From positions 44,509-108,508 of the forward strand of contig JBMORA010000001.1 in assembly GCA_049320885.1 (NCBI GenBank): a stretch of 64,000 nucleotides of DNA. Reading direction: 5' to 3'. This DNA is from Thermodesulfobacteriota bacterium (GTDB taxonomy: Bacteria; Desulfobacterota; Desulfobacteria; Desulfobacterales; SURF-7). A program made the translations under genes and the position numbers. Position 1 is the stretch's first letter; every line of letters starts with the position of its first letter. The notes under the pieces were generated by a model that saw only the letters and a program-made list of their open reading frames with translations, had not been told where the DNA came from and ran no database searches. Below are positions 1 to 10,246 of the stretch, one piece after another.

Positions 1-673
1 GATCCGTAACCGCAACGGAAATATTGAAATTGTTCAGGGCGTTTTCATCCTGCTTGCAGCAGATGAATTGCAGGATATCGGGATGGTCCACCCGCAGGAT
101 GCCCATGTTGGCGCCCCGGCGGGTCCCGCCCTGTTTGACCTGTTCGGTGGCGGTATTGAAAACCTTCATGAAGGAAACCGGTCCCGAAGCCACGCCGCCG
201 GTTGTTCCGACCCGGCTGTTGGCCGGTCGCAATCGGGAAAAGGAAAAACCCGTTCCCCCGCCGGATTTGTGGATCAGGGCCGCGTGTTTGATGGAATTGA
301 AAATGTCATCCATGCTGTCTTCAATGGGCAGCACGAAACAGGCTGCCAGCTGCCCCAGCCTGCGTCCGGCGTTCATCAGGGTCGGTGAATTGGGCAGGAA
401 ATCGAAATCCGTCATCATGCGGTAAAAAACATCTTCCATCCGCCCGGCTGCGGCTTCCCCATCGTACCGGTTTTCCGCCTTGGCGATATGACGGGCCACC
501 CGCCGGAACATTTTCTCCGGTGTTTCAATTACCCGGCCCTTGCTGTCTTTTTTTAAATATCGTTTCTGCAGAACGACCCGGGCGTTCTCCGACAGCAACA
601 GTCCCTGCCCGGCCGATACGGATGTTTCCATCCGTCCGTCTTCCGATATCTCCAATTTGTTCCTGCGCGCCAT
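1..673 (-). CDS. nrdJ: Adenosylcobalamin-dependent (class II) ribonucleotide reductase, N-terminal part (runs off window start)
   Basis: Not in the ORF track. Manual minus-strand translation gives [17 protein letters not shown]...[11 protein letters not shown] and [20 protein letters not shown]...[14 protein letters not shown] at 673 has a GGGGGA SD-like motif; alternative ATG at 631. Confidence 0.9.
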   Translation of the reverse strand, partial: MARRNKLEISEDGRMETSVSAGQGLLLSENARVVLQKRYLKKDSKGRVIETPEKMFRRVARHIAKAENRYDGEAAAGRMEDVFYRMMTDFDFLPNSPTLMNAGRRLGQLAACFVLPIEDSMDDIFNSIKHAALIHKSGGGTGFSFSRLRPANSRVGTTGGVASGPVSFMKVFNTATEQVKQGGTRRGANMGILRVDHPDILQFICCKQDENALNNFNISVAVTD

Positions 674-757
674 GGCTTCCCCCGCAATTTGCCTTTTCCG
701 GCATGTTCCGCCGGCTGATCTCCGACAGTGGTGGCTCTGACATAGACTCCTCGTTAC

Positions 758-773
758 ATACCACATATGGTAT
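758..773. promoter_or_regulatory. NrdR box upstream of nrdJ
   Basis: ATACCACATATGGTAT fits the NrdR consensus acaCwAtATaTwGtgt. It sits in a palindrome next to a minus-strand TTGACA (773-778). Confidence 0.7.
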
Positions 774-1104
774 GTCAAGTCCAATCTGCCACAACCGGAC
801 AGGGGCTTCAGCGGTAACTCCACCCCGGTGTTACCGCAACACGCGGCTCTTGAATTAGCCGACCGGTGATGATAAGATCAGTAAATATTCTCGGTAATGG
901 ATACGACAGGAACGCACCGCTTCCATGGTGCCCCTGCCACGGGATACTCCCTATCCGGTTTTCCAGCATTGTCTCGAGCAGTCGGATCAGGCCACGGTAT
1001 TTCCAGAATGGAAAATCTTGATTCACCGCAGGAAGGTGCGTGACCATGCGTGATGGAACAGGCCCGGTCGGATCAGAACGCAGAGGTACACTTGGGAGGC
1101 GCTT

Positions 1105-2595
1105 ATGACGACGGAAGCAGAGAACAAAAGGAATCAACGGCGGAAAAAAATCCTGATATTCAATTCGATTCTGGTCCTGATCGGTTACGGCATCACCCAA
1201 GTGGCCAGCCTGCTGGCCAAGGCGGCCGGCCTGACCAGCATCACCTACACCCAGATCCTGTTCCTGCTGTTATTATCTTCCGGCAGCATCATCATCTATG
1301 TAACCGTCATCCGTTACCTGCAGGATGTCACCAAGGCAAAAGCCAATTTCATTTTTTTCTCCCAGTACGTTTTCTGGATTGTCCTCTATTTTTTCTGGGT
1401 GATCTGGCTCAATGAAGCCAGGGTCATGGGGCTGTTTTTCGCCATCATGGGACTCTGTTTTCTGATCTTCAGCTCCAATCTGTTCTGGTCCCTGATCATT
1501 TCCTTTGCCGTGGCGGTTTTGCACCTTGCCGGGGCGTACATCGGTCTGGAATATTATCAGCAGGGCGGCAGTTTGAAGCTCGAAATTTTTTATACCCTGT
1601 GCTATCTGCCCTCCGCCGTACTGATTTCCTACCTTTCGGAAAGCTTCGGGAAACAAAAGCGGGAAATCCTTCAGGCCAAAAAATCAGCGGAAGAATCCCG
1701 GGATTCGCTGGAAAGACTGGTCAAAAGTATCGGGAAAAAATGTGAGACCCTGAATACCGCCTCCGCAATCCTGCTCGGACTGGCGAACAACATGTCGTCC
1801 GCCACCGGCGAAATCGCCACCCGCTCCGCGGAGGTGACCTCCTCCTCCGGGGAAATGAGCACCAACATCAATTCAGTGGCTTCGGCGATGAATGAAACCT
1901 CCGACCGAGTCAGGCTCATCGCCACTTCCATCGAGGAGATGACCTCGACCATCAATGAGATTTCCCAGCACGCCGGAAAAGCCCAGGACATTTCCAACAA
2001 GGCCGTCAACCAGTCCATCGTGGTTTCCCAGAAAGTGGAGACCCTGGGAAACGTCGCCCAGGAAATCGGACATATCACCGAGGTGATCTCGGATATCTCC
2101 GCCCAGACCAATCTGCTGGCGCTGAACGCCACCATCGAAGCCGCCCGGGCCGGAGAGTCCGGCAAAGGATTCGCCGTGGTGGCCAACGAAATCAAGGAAC
2201 TCGCCCGGCAGACAGCGGACGCGACATTGAAAATCAAGGAACAGATCATCAATATCCAGAACACCACCACCACCACGGCGGACGTCATTTCCGGAATCAT
2301 GGTGATCATCAACGAAGTCAACGACATCGTATCCTCCATCACCATGGCCATCGGCGAGCAATCCACCACCACCAGGGAAATCGCCGACAACGTCGCCCAG
2401 ACGTCGGTGGGGATATCCGAGGTGAATCAGGTCGCCATCGACAGCTCGAATTACGCCCTTGAAATCACCAAGGCCATTTCCGATGTGAATGAGGATGTCG
2501 GGCGGATATCCGACAGCAGCAGTCAGGTTAACCAGAGCGCACTGGACCTTTCAAATCTGGCGAAGGATTTGAGCGATCTGACCAAAAACTTTTAG
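1105..2595 (+). CDS. Methyl-accepting chemotaxis protein with multi-TM N-terminal sensor
   Basis: About 6 hydrophobic helices, then the MCP signalling motif [37 protein letters not shown]; GGGAGG SD. Confidence 0.92.
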   Translation: MTTEAENKRNQRRKKILIFNSILVLIGYGITQVASLLAKAAGLTSITYTQILFLLLLSSGSIIIYVTVIRYLQDVTKAKANFIFFSQYVFWIVLYFFWVIWLNEARVMGLFFAIMGLCFLIFSSNLFWSLIISFAVAVLHLAGAYIGLEYYQQGGSLKLEIFYTLCYLPSAVLISYLSESFGKQKREILQAKKSAEESRDSLERLVKSIGKKCETLNTASAILLGLANNMSSATGEIATRSAEVTSSSGEMSTNINSVASAMNETSDRVRLIATSIEEMTSTINEISQHAGKAQDISNKAVNQSIVVSQKVETLGNVAQEIGHITEVISDISAQTNLLALNATIEAARAGESGKGFAVVANEIKELARQTADATLKIKEQIINIQNTTTTTADVISGIMVIINEVNDIVSSITMAIGEQSTTTREIADNVAQTSVGISEVNQVAIDSSNYALEITKAISDVNEDVGRISDSSSQVNQSALDLSNLAKDLSDLTKNF

Positions 2596-2648
2596 GTTTC
2601 CGGCGGGATGCGCTCCGGCTCTGCCCAGCCGGCGCACACCGGAACGGG

Positions 2649-3743
2649 ATGACGGGGAAGTTGTTGGAAAAAAAGGAACGGCTGAGACTTCAACGGGAAC
2701 TGGCGGACTGGTATCGGACTGCTCACCGGAGGCTCCCCTGGCGGGAAAATACCGACCCCTACCGGGTTTGGGTCTCCGAAGTCATGTTGCAGCAGACCCG
2801 GGTGGAAACCGTGATCCCCTACTATCAGCGGTTCATGGAGCGCTTTCCCACCTTGAAATCGCTGGCGGACGCGGACGGGGAAACCCTGATGAAACTCTGG
2901 GAAGGCCTTGGATATTACTCCCGGGCGCGGAATCTGTGGCAGTCGGCCCGAATCCTCTGCCGGGATTACGGCGGCCGGCTGCCCGGCACCCGGGAGGAAT
3001 TGATCCGGCTTCCGGGAATCGGCGACTATATCGCGGCGGCTGTTCTCAGTATCGCTTTTCAACAACCGGCGGCAGTGGTCGACGGGAATGTCAAACGGAT
3101 TCTGGCCCGGCTCTTCATGGAAAAAGCGGCTGTCAACGACCCCGGCGCCAAGCAAACATTTACCGCTCTCGCCGAAGGGCTCCTCGATGAACGGAATCCC
3201 GGCCAATTCAACCAGGCGATGATGGAACTGGGGCAACGCATCTGCACTCCCGGAGTCCCGGATTGCCCGGTATGTCCCATCCGCTCCGGTTGCCGGGCCT
3301 TTCGCAATCAAATGACGGACGACTACCCCCGCAGGCTTCGGAAAAAATCGACGCCCCTGAAAAAAATGATATTCGCCGTGGTGATGCGGGGTGAGTGTCT
3401 GCTGATTCTGCGGCGGCCGGACCAGGGTCTGCTGGGCGGACTTTGGGAATTCCCCGGAAACGAGCCTGAGGGAAACGGGGCCGGTGAAGAAATGGCGCGG
3501 GCTATCATCCACCGACAGACGGGAATCCGGGCCGATGTACTCCGCCTTCTGGGAACTGTCCGCCATGCCTATACCCATTTCCGTATATCCGCCGATGTCT
3601 ATCTCTGCGGCCACCTATCAGGTGAAGTCGGTCTGAACGGTCATACGGCCCATCTATGGGTTCGGCCGGAAAAACTGCGGGAATACGCTCTGCACAAAAT
3701 GATCCATAAAATGCTGCCCCTGTTGCCGCCGCATCCGCCATGA
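2649..3743 (+). CDS. mutY: A/G-specific adenine glycosylase
   Basis: WVSEVMLQQT, WEGLGYYSRARNL, LPGIGDY HhH motif, VDGNVKR, Fe-S motif C-x6-C-x2-C-x5-C, NUDIX-like C-terminus. Confidence 0.95.
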   Translation: MTGKLLEKKERLRLQRELADWYRTAHRRLPWRENTDPYRVWVSEVMLQQTRVETVIPYYQRFMERFPTLKSLADADGETLMKLWEGLGYYSRARNLWQSARILCRDYGGRLPGTREELIRLPGIGDYIAAAVLSIAFQQPAAVVDGNVKRILARLFMEKAAVNDPGAKQTFTALAEGLLDERNPGQFNQAMMELGQRICTPGVPDCPVCPIRSGCRAFRNQMTDDYPRRLRKKSTPLKKMIFAVVMRGECLLILRRPDQGLLGGLWEFPGNEPEGNGAGEEMARAIIHRQTGIRADVLRLLGTVRHAYTHFRISADVYLCGHLSGEVGLNGHTAHLWVRPEKLREYALHKMIHKMLPLLPPHPP

Positions 3744-4408
3744 CCCCAGGAACAACCGGAAAACGCATCCGGGAATGCGTGGTATTGCTCCACGGCCTGG
3801 CCCGATCCCGGCGCTCCATGGCCGGAATGGAGCGGGCGGTTACCGCGGACGGATACGCCGCCTGCAACATCGGTTATCCCTCCACCCGCCATCCCCTTGA
3901 TGAACTGGCGGAGCGGTTCGTGCTGCCGGAAATTCATTCCCGCATCGGCCGCGGGGTCGGTCCCATCCATTTCGTCACCCATTCCATGGGCGGCATCCTT
4001 GTCCGGGTCCTAACGGAACGACAGCCCGGTTTCCCCATCGGACGGGTGGTGATGCTGAGCCCACCCAACAAGGGCAGTGAAATCGTCGACCGGCTAGGGG
4101 GCCTGAGGCTGTTTGCCGCTCTGTACGGACCGGCTGGCCGGCAGCTCGGAACCGGCCGGGAGAGCGTACCCAACCGGCTGGGGCCGGCGAAATTCGAACT
4201 AGGCGTCATCACCGGCGACCGTGCCCTGGACCCGCTGTTATCCTTACTTGTTCCCGGCCCCAACGACGGCAGGGTCTCCGTGGAAAGCGCCAAACTTGCC
4301 GGCATGCGGGATTTCCGGGTCCTGCATGCACCCCATCCCTTCATCATGCGAAACCGTGAGGCCCTTCGCCAGACCCTTCATTTTCTGCGGCACGGGTTGT
4401 TCTCATGA
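3740..4408 (+). CDS. Alpha/beta-fold hydrolase (lipase/esterase family)
   Basis: VVLLHGL, THSMGG nucleophile elbow, PPNKGS, NDGRVSV; ATGA overlap with mutY. Confidence 0.85.
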   Translation: MTPGTTGKRIRECVVLLHGLARSRRSMAGMERAVTADGYAACNIGYPSTRHPLDELAERFVLPEIHSRIGRGVGPIHFVTHSMGGILVRVLTERQPGFPIGRVVMLSPPNKGSEIVDRLGGLRLFAALYGPAGRQLGTGRESVPNRLGPAKFELGVITGDRALDPLLSLLVPGPNDGRVSVESAKLAGMRDFRVLHAPHPFIMRNREALRQTLHFLRHGLFS

Positions 4409-6760
4409 ATCCAGTTCGCGACGGATGGCCAGGCCGATTTTTTCCAGCAGATAGGGTTTGCGCAGATAGGCCCCGGCGCCGAGCCGGAGGATCTCGTTGA
4501 CCCGCTCGCTTTCGGTGAAACCGCTGGTCACGATGGCCTTTTGACCGGGACGGAGTTCAAGAATGCGGCGGTAGGTTTCCAGCCCGTCCATCCCGGGGTC
4601 CATGATCATGTCCAGCACTACCAGGTCCACCGGCTGCCGCTCGATATAGGCAACAGCCGCTTCCCCACTGGACACGGAATCCACCCGGTACCCCAGCCGG
4701 GTGATCATGTGCGAGGCCACTTCCCGCTGCAGTTCCACGTCGTCCACCACCAGGATCGTCTCCCCGTTTCCCCGGTAGGTCTCCGGCGGGGCAGGAGTCT
4801 CCCTTCCGGGAAGGCATTCCCGGGTGACGGGGAGGTAAACCTCGAAACGGGCCCCCGCGCCCTCCCGGCTGTGGAGATGGATGAAACCCCGGTGTTCCTG
4901 CACCACCCCCCATACCACCGAAAGCCCCAGGCCTGTTCCGCTGCGGCCCAGCACCTTGCGGGTGTAGAACGGTTCGAAAATCCGGGCATGATCTGCTTCG
5001 GGAACCCCCCTGCCATTGTCGGCCACCGTCAGGCGGACGTAATCCCCCTCGGTCACGTCACTGGTGCCTTTCAGGCGTCGGTCCACGTAGCAGTTCTCCG
5101 TGGCAATGCTCAACCTTCCTTCCGTCCCCTGCATGGACTCAAAGGCGTTGATCACCAGGTTCATCAAGGTCTTTGTCAGGGAGACCGCCACGCCTTTGAT
5201 GGGCAGCAGTTCCTTCTGCAGCGCGGTCTCGACCTTGATTCCTGGGTGTTCCAGCATCAGGCGGCCGTGCTCCGGACTGGTCAGGTATTCGCCGATGATC
5301 CGATTCAGTTCCAGCACTTCCATGGAAGCATGGCCCCGCCGTGAGAGCGCCAGCAGGTCCTGAACAATGGCCGCAGCCCGCTCCCCCGACCGCAGGATGG
5401 TTTCCATCGGATTTCGCAACGGGCTGTCGGGCTCCAGGGTCATGAGCAGCAATTCGGGGTAACTCACCAGGCCGGCCAGGATATTATTGAGATCGTGGGC
5501 CACTCCTCCGGCCAGGGTCCCGATGGCATCCATTTTCTGGGCCTGCATCAACTGCTCGTTGAGTCGGCGCCTCTCCTTTTCAGCCTGCTTCTGCGGGGTG
5601 ACATCCCGGCTGATCCCCACCAGGCCGGTGATGTGTCCTTCGGCGTCAAACAGCGGCGCCTTGTAAGTGTCGAAATAAACCGTATCACCCGATCGCCCGG
5701 CCACCTGTTCCTCGAATCGGCAGGGGATACGGCGCATCAGGCTCTCTGCATCGCTCCGCCGGCAGGTCTCGGCCAGATCGATAGGGAATAGTTCGCCGTC
5801 GGTAAGGCCCAGGATTTTTTCCATCGGCAGGCCGGCAAGCTCGGCGAAGGCCCTGTTGACCACCAGGTTCCGGCCCTGAATATCCTTGAAATAAATGGGG
5901 TCCGGAATGGCCTCGATCAGGGCGTTGAGCCGCCGGTTGATTTCCTGCAGATCGTTTTCGGTTCGCCGGCGCTTTTCGATCTCCCGCCGAAGGTCTTCCA
6001 CCGACAAAGCCAGTTCCGCATGGCTGCAGCGCAGCCGTGCATCCATCTGCCTGCGCCGAAACATGCTCCACAGGGCCAGGCCGGTCATGCAGAACCCCAG
6101 CAGGGAGGCCGCGCTCATGACCGTCAGGATGAAGCGGGTCTGACGCCGGGCTCCGGTGGCCTCCAGAATCTCCGAAAGTGGAGTGGACAGCCCGATGGTC
6201 CAGACATGGGGACCGAAACGCACCGGTGTCCAGGCTGCGATTTCAGGACCTTTTTCCGGTAACCAGACATACCAGCCGACCCCTTCGGCCGCATCGGTCA
6301 CGTTCCGGCACATCTCTTCATAATGGCGGGCGCCGTTACGAGCCTGGAAGGCGAAAATCTCCGCCATGCTCTTGCCGCGGTATTCTTCCGGAAAATCGGA
6401 GCTGAGATCGAAAACCACATGGTCCGGCGCGTAAATCCAGGCATCCCCGTTTGCAAGGAGGCGCACCGGTTCGACAAAACGACGGAAAATCTCCTGCTCG
6501 ATCTTTTCGATGGACCGGCCGCGTTCCAGTTCATACCGGACGTAGGAAGCCACGCTGCGGGACACCGCCCGGACGATTTCGAGCTGGGTTTCCTGGTAGG
6601 CGCGGGTGACGGCCTGCCGCACCGTCACCTGGTACCGAATGGCGACGAACCATCCCAGGGCCAGAACCAGGACCACCAGAAAAACCAGGGTCGGCTCGAA
6701 AATTCGCAGCAGGTAAGCGGGGCGGGGTTCATCTTGTCCGGGAATCGCGGGCGTCGGCAT
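4403..6760 (-). CDS. Hybrid sensor histidine kinase (periplasmic Cache-like, PAS, HisKA, HATPase, receiver)
   Basis: Two TM helices, PAS (IPDPIYFKD), LAGGVAHDLNNIL H-box, DNGRG and GTGLGL boxes, ILVVDD...LDMIM receiver. Confidence 0.93.
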   Translation of the reverse strand: MPTPAIPGQDEPRPAYLLRIFEPTLVFLVVLVLALGWFVAIRYQVTVRQAVTRAYQETQLEIVRAVSRSVASYVRYELERGRSIEKIEQEIFRRFVEPVRLLANGDAWIYAPDHVVFDLSSDFPEEYRGKSMAEIFAFQARNGARHYEEMCRNVTDAAEGVGWYVWLPEKGPEIAAWTPVRFGPHVWTIGLSTPLSEILEATGARRQTRFILTVMSAASLLGFCMTGLALWSMFRRRQMDARLRCSHAELALSVEDLRREIEKRRRTENDLQEINRRLNALIEAIPDPIYFKDIQGRNLVVNRAFAELAGLPMEKILGLTDGELFPIDLAETCRRSDAESLMRRIPCRFEEQVAGRSGDTVYFDTYKAPLFDAEGHITGLVGISRDVTPQKQAEKERRRLNEQLMQAQKMDAIGTLAGGVAHDLNNILAGLVSYPELLLMTLEPDSPLRNPMETILRSGERAAAIVQDLLALSRRGHASMEVLELNRIIGEYLTSPEHGRLMLEHPGIKVETALQKELLPIKGVAVSLTKTLMNLVINAFESMQGTEGRLSIATENCYVDRRLKGTSDVTEGDYVRLTVADNGRGVPEADHARIFEPFYTRKVLGRSGTGLGLSVVWGVVQEHRGFIHLHSREGAGARFEVYLPVTRECLPGRETPAPPETYRGNGETILVVDDVELQREVASHMITRLGYRVDSVSSGEAAVAYIERQPVDLVVLDMIMDPGMDGLETYRRILELRPGQKAIVTSGFTESERVNEILRLGAGAYLRKPYLLEKIGLAIRRELDS

Positions 6761-6901
6761 GAGGGATGGTCACAGCTCCTTTTCCGTTCCGGCCGCCGCT
6801 GCCGCGGCAACCGGGCTGGGCGAGACATCTGGATCTCCGTTCGGGCGGCATGCGCCGCCAGAATACCGGAATTAATACGAATTTCCTAATAATGCCATGG
6901 A

Positions 6902-6930
6902 AGTATATGCAATGGGTATCCGGGTGTCAA
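6902..6930 (-). promoter_or_regulatory. Sigma70 promoter for the hybrid kinase
   Basis: Minus strand TTGACA-17 bp-TATACT. Confidence 0.75.
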
Positions 6931-6931
6931 G

Positions 6932-6961
6932 ATGATTGCCCATGCCATGATTGCCCATGCC
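6932..6961. repeat. Perfect 15-bp tandem duplication (ATGATTGCCCATGCC x2)
   Basis: Read directly; it abuts the -35 element of the kinase promoter. Confidence 0.85.
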
Positions 6962-7095
6962 CGTTATCATTGTCCGGCATATTCCACCGAGCCGGATCTG
7001 CCCCTGCGGCCATCGGCCTCGGCGGCGGATCAACCCTTTTTCCGCCCACGGACGACGCGGATTTTCCCGGATGAGAAAAAATACCGCAAAAAAAT

Positions 7096-7123
7096 GAAAC
7101 TTTTTGCCACCTACCGGGTTTAA
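7096..7123 (+). promoter_or_regulatory. Putative ECF/sigmaE-type promoter
   Basis: GAAACTT-15 bp-GTTTAA preceded by an A-tract, upstream of a Spy/CpxP-like gene. Confidence 0.45.
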
Positions 7124-7172
7124 CTGTCTAAACGGCAACCATGTTTAATTTACCCGAAAAGGAGACTGAAAA

Positions 7173-7733
7173 ATGAAAAGATCGATGATGATGGTATTGG
7201 CGATAACCCTGCTGATGACCCTGGGCCTTGGCGGCAACTCGTTTGCCGGTAACGGCAATATGCGCTCCGATGGAACTGCCGCCGCTATCCAAAACGGTAA
7301 CGCGGACAATCCCCGGGGTGTTCTCAAAGAACAATTCCGCCATTGCGCCCGATGGCATCACCGGCCGGTTCTGAACCGGTTGTTCCACTGCATGCAGGAC
7401 CTGAATTTGTCCGACGAAACCCGACAGGCCGTCCGGGATTTGCTGGCGGCGTATAAAGAATCCGCTGCGGCCCGCAGGGAAGCATACAACCAGGCGCGGA
7501 TCGCCTACTGGGAAGCGCTCACCGCCCCGGTGCTGGATGAAGCCGCCCTGGCTGCCGCTGAAGACGCCATGCTGGCTCTCATCAACGAGGGGATGAATGC
7601 CAAATTCGATCTGGCCTATGCCATCCGGGGTCTGCTGACGGATGAACAGATCGCCCAACTGTCAACCTGTTTCGATTTTTCGGTTGATGACGATCAGGAC
7701 GATGAGCCTGCGGGCGATCTGGAAAACGACTGA
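7173..7733 (+). CDS. Periplasmic Spy/CpxP/heavy-metal-sensor-like helical protein
   Basis: Signal peptide; LNLSDETRQ and LLTDEQ (LTxxQ-like) motifs; AGGAG SD; acidic tail. Confidence 0.7.
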   Translation: MKRSMMMVLAITLLMTLGLGGNSFAGNGNMRSDGTAAAIQNGNADNPRGVLKEQFRHCARWHHRPVLNRLFHCMQDLNLSDETRQAVRDLLAAYKESAAARREAYNQARIAYWEALTAPVLDEAALAAAEDAMLALINEGMNAKFDLAYAIRGLLTDEQIAQLSTCFDFSVDDDQDDEPAGDLEND

Positions 7734-7780
7734 GTCATCTCTTCCACATCTCCTCCAACCCCAACCAGAGGTAACCGAGT

Positions 7781-7806
7781 AAGGGAGGGCAGGTCCCTCC
7801 CTTTCA
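7781..7806 (+). terminator. Intrinsic terminator after the Spy/CpxP-like gene
   Basis: AAGGGAGGG-caggt-CCCTCCCTT stem followed by T-rich sequence. Confidence 0.65.
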
Positions 7807-7966
7807 TATTTGCGGGAAATGCAGAAATCCCTCGAACTGTACGCCAGCTTATTTTGCTATAACTGGCTTTAAATACTTGACATAAAAAATTTCATCAAGT
7901 ATTCACAGTAATTATGATACGCCTTTGCATGACCATACCCCGTCAACCCCTGTTTTTTTTCTTCAA

Positions 7967-7979
7967 TATCAACATATTG
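7967..7979 (+). promoter_or_regulatory. IHF binding site upstream of ihfB
   Basis: TATCAA-CATA-TTG matches WATCAAN4TTR exactly, with an upstream T-tract. Promoter-like TTGACA-17-TATTCA at 7877-7905. Confidence 0.6.
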
Positions 7980-8013
7980 GCCATAAAATATTCCATAATA
8001 ACAGGTAAAAACA

Positions 8014-8289
8014 ATGAACAAGCTTGAATTGATCGAAAAATTTCGCTCCGAGGCGAAAATTTCAAAAGCGGAAGCAGCTACAATTGTAGACCTCTTCTTC
8101 AATTCCATGTCGGATGCCCTGGCAAAGAGCGGCCGCGTGGAAATCCGCGGGCTGTTCAGCTTTTACGTGAAACAATACAAATCCTACATCGGCCGCAACC
8201 CGAAGACCGGTGAAAAGGTACCCATCAAACCCAAGAAGCTGCCATTTTTCAAATGCGGCAAGGAACTGAAAGCGCGAGTGGATTACTGA
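8014..8289 (+). CDS. ihfB: Integration host factor beta subunit / HU family
   Basis: MNKLELI...GRVEIRGLFSF...GRNPKTGE...PFFKCGKELK. Confidence 0.88.
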   Translation: MNKLELIEKFRSEAKISKAEAATIVDLFFNSMSDALAKSGRVEIRGLFSFYVKQYKSYIGRNPKTGEKVPIKPKKLPFFKCGKELKARVDY

Positions 8290-8364
8290 TACCGGAAAAA
8301 TCGTTTTCGGTGACGATCACGCCAGTCGATGCTGGCAATCAACCCTGAATGAAAGGAGCATCCC

Positions 8365-8589
8365 ATGGCCAATCAGATTGAAAAAGGAATCAAATCGATC
8401 AGAAAAGAGATTGACAAGGTGTTGGACCGGCTGGAAAAATTTATGGTAGAGATTTCCAAAATGGGACAATCAAAACCGGAAAAGAAATCGGCCTCCAAAA
8501 AAGCCCCTGCAAAAAAAGCAGCTGCAAGTAAAAAGAAAGCGGCGCCGGCAAAAAAGAAAACCGAGAAAAGCGACACGCTGAAGGATTGA
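8365..8589 (+). CDS. Small Lys/Ala-rich histone-H1-like protein
   Basis: AAGGAG SD; N-terminal amphipathic helix then KKAPAKKAAASKKKAAPAKKK. Confidence 0.65.
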   Translation: MANQIEKGIKSIRKEIDKVLDRLEKFMVEISKMGQSKPEKKSASKKAPAKKAAASKKKAAPAKKKTEKSDTLKD

Positions 8590-8655
8590 TCGCGGGTAAG
8601 CTGGGGAGCAACCGCTCAAGGGATAGCCGGATTTGGGGGGCTTGAAAAAGCCCTG

Positions 8656-8693
8656 GAGGGAAGCGAATGCACAATTCGTTTCCCTCTTTTTTT
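8656..8693 (+). terminator. Intrinsic terminator
   Basis: GAGGGAAGCGAAT-gcaca-ATTCGTTTCCCTC followed by T7. Confidence 0.8.
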
Positions 8694-8764
8694 CAAGGCA
8701 GACCTGGCAGCGGTGGCGTAAGCATGGAAATATGTAAATTTTTTAAGTCATATTAAAGGATTGC

Positions 8765-8793
8765 TTGACACACTGGCAACCGATACATATACT
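8765..8793 (+). promoter_or_regulatory. Sigma70 promoter of the biosynthetic operon
   Basis: TTGACA-17 bp-TATACT, 52 bp upstream of the first ATG. Confidence 0.8.
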
Positions 8794-8845
8794 CGGCAGC
8801 GACTTGGCACTCCCGACCCTAATTTCTGACTGAATACAATTTTGC

Positions 8846-10246
8846 ATGAATATCTTATTGATTTTTCCAGCGCCGGAACGATTCCCCATCAGTGTATACC
8901 AGTACCGCAACGTATCCATCCCCGCTTTTCTGACCCACATGGCAGCGCTCACTCCCAAGGAACACCAGGTTCGCCTGGTCGATATGATGATGGGCGACAC
9001 CGTTCCCTACCACGACCGTTTTGACCTGGTTGGCATTACCGTCCGCACGCCCATGGCGCCGGTCTCCTATGCAATTGCCGACCGTTTCCGATCCATGGGA
9101 ACGAAGGTCGTTCTGGGCGGGGCCCATGCCTCGGCGCTGCCCATGGAGGCCAAAGGCCACGCCGACGCGGTTGTCATCGGCGAAGCGGAACAAACCTGGG
9201 AAATGGTTCTGGAAGATGTCCATACCAACAGCTTGCGCGACTTTTATGTCTGCGGGCCCTTTCCATTGGACACGCTCAGCGGCGATTTCCGCCACGTGCC
9301 CCATCGGCCGGACCTGAAAGATCTGCCGGCACCACGATATGATCGGCTGGATTGCAGTCGCTATATCATGGGAACCTTCTTCACCACCCGCGGATGTACC
9401 TATGGATGCAAATTCTGCAACGTGCAGCCGTTGTTCGGCGCCCGGACAAGGCACCGCCCCGTCGACCAGGTCATTGGCGAACTGTCAAAGGCCCCCAGAC
9501 TCCTGCTGTCGGTGGACGACAATATTTTCGGCGCCCCGGGGGATGTCGATTACTATATGGAACTTTACGGCCGAATGAAAAAGCTCGGGAAATACTGGGC
9601 GGGCCAGGGTTCCCTGGCGGTAACGACCTATCCCCGTGCGGATGGGTTGCTGCAAACAGCAGCGAAAAGCGGTTTATCCCTGCTAACCGCCGGCATCGAG
9701 GCGCTGGACAGCGACGGTCTTGAAGAAAGCGGCGCCTTTCGGAAGCTCGGTCTTTCCGCGCCCGCTAACATCACCACGGACCAGGCCAGGGAAAGCATCC
9801 ATAAAATTCAACGTTACGGCATCAACCTGCTGGGCTATTTTATCATCGGTTTCCGTCGACAGACCCCGGCGACCTTCCAGGCGATTCTTGATTTCTGCGA
9901 CCGTTTCGCCATCATACCGGTACCGATTCTCCTGCACCCATTGCCCGGCACGCCCCTGTATGAGGAGTACCGGGCGGAAGGCCTGCTGCACGCTCCGCAT
10001 GGCTGGGAAGCCTTCGACGGCGCGCATATGGTGGTCCGCCACCCGGAATTCGATGTCGCGGATACCGAACAAAAATATATCCAGACAGTGATGGCCGCCA
10101 ACAGCAACGGCCGAAGAGTCTCCCGGACATTCCAGCGCTTTATCCGGAATCCCCGGATCGACAGCTTGATCAATTTTCACAAAACCCAGGGGGTCATGCA
10201 GAAGGGGATCCGGGAATATTTAAAGGAGCGGCGATCGTCTCCATGA
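8846..10246 (+). CDS. B12-binding radical SAM enzyme
   Basis: N-terminal cobalamin-binding Rossmann domain (VVLGGAHAS...VVIGEAE) and RGCTYGCKFC CxxxCxxC motif. Confidence 0.9.
   Translation: MNILLIFPAPERFPISVYQYRNVSIPAFLTHMAALTPKEHQVRLVDMMMGDTVPYHDRFDLVGITVRTPMAPVSYAIADRFRSMGTKVVLGGAHASALPMEAKGHADAVVIGEAEQTWEMVLEDVHTNSLRDFYVCGPFPLDTLSGDFRHVPHRPDLKDLPAPRYDRLDCSRYIMGTFFTTRGCTYGCKFCNVQPLFGARTRHRPVDQVIGELSKAPRLLLSVDDNIFGAPGDVDYYMELYGRMKKLGKYWAGQGSLAVTTYPRADGLLQTAAKSGLSLLTAGIEALDSDGLEESGAFRKLGLSAPANITTDQARESIHKIQRYGINLLGYFIIGFRRQTPATFQAILDFCDRFAIIPVPILLHPLPGTPLYEEYRAEGLLHAPHGWEAFDGAHMVVRHPEFDVADTEQKYIQTVMAANSNGRRVSRTFQRFIRNPRIDSLINFHKTQGVMQKGIREYLKERRSSP

Noticed and set aside
811-838. GCGGTAAC/GTTACCGC hairpin upstream of nrdJ as a cobalamin riboswitch
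   Set aside because: No B12-box or other conserved riboswitch motifs, and it lies upstream of the apparent promoter.
24-858. Short ORF-track ORFs at the window start
   Set aside because: They overlap the minus-strand nrdJ frame, which the track missed because it runs off the window edge.
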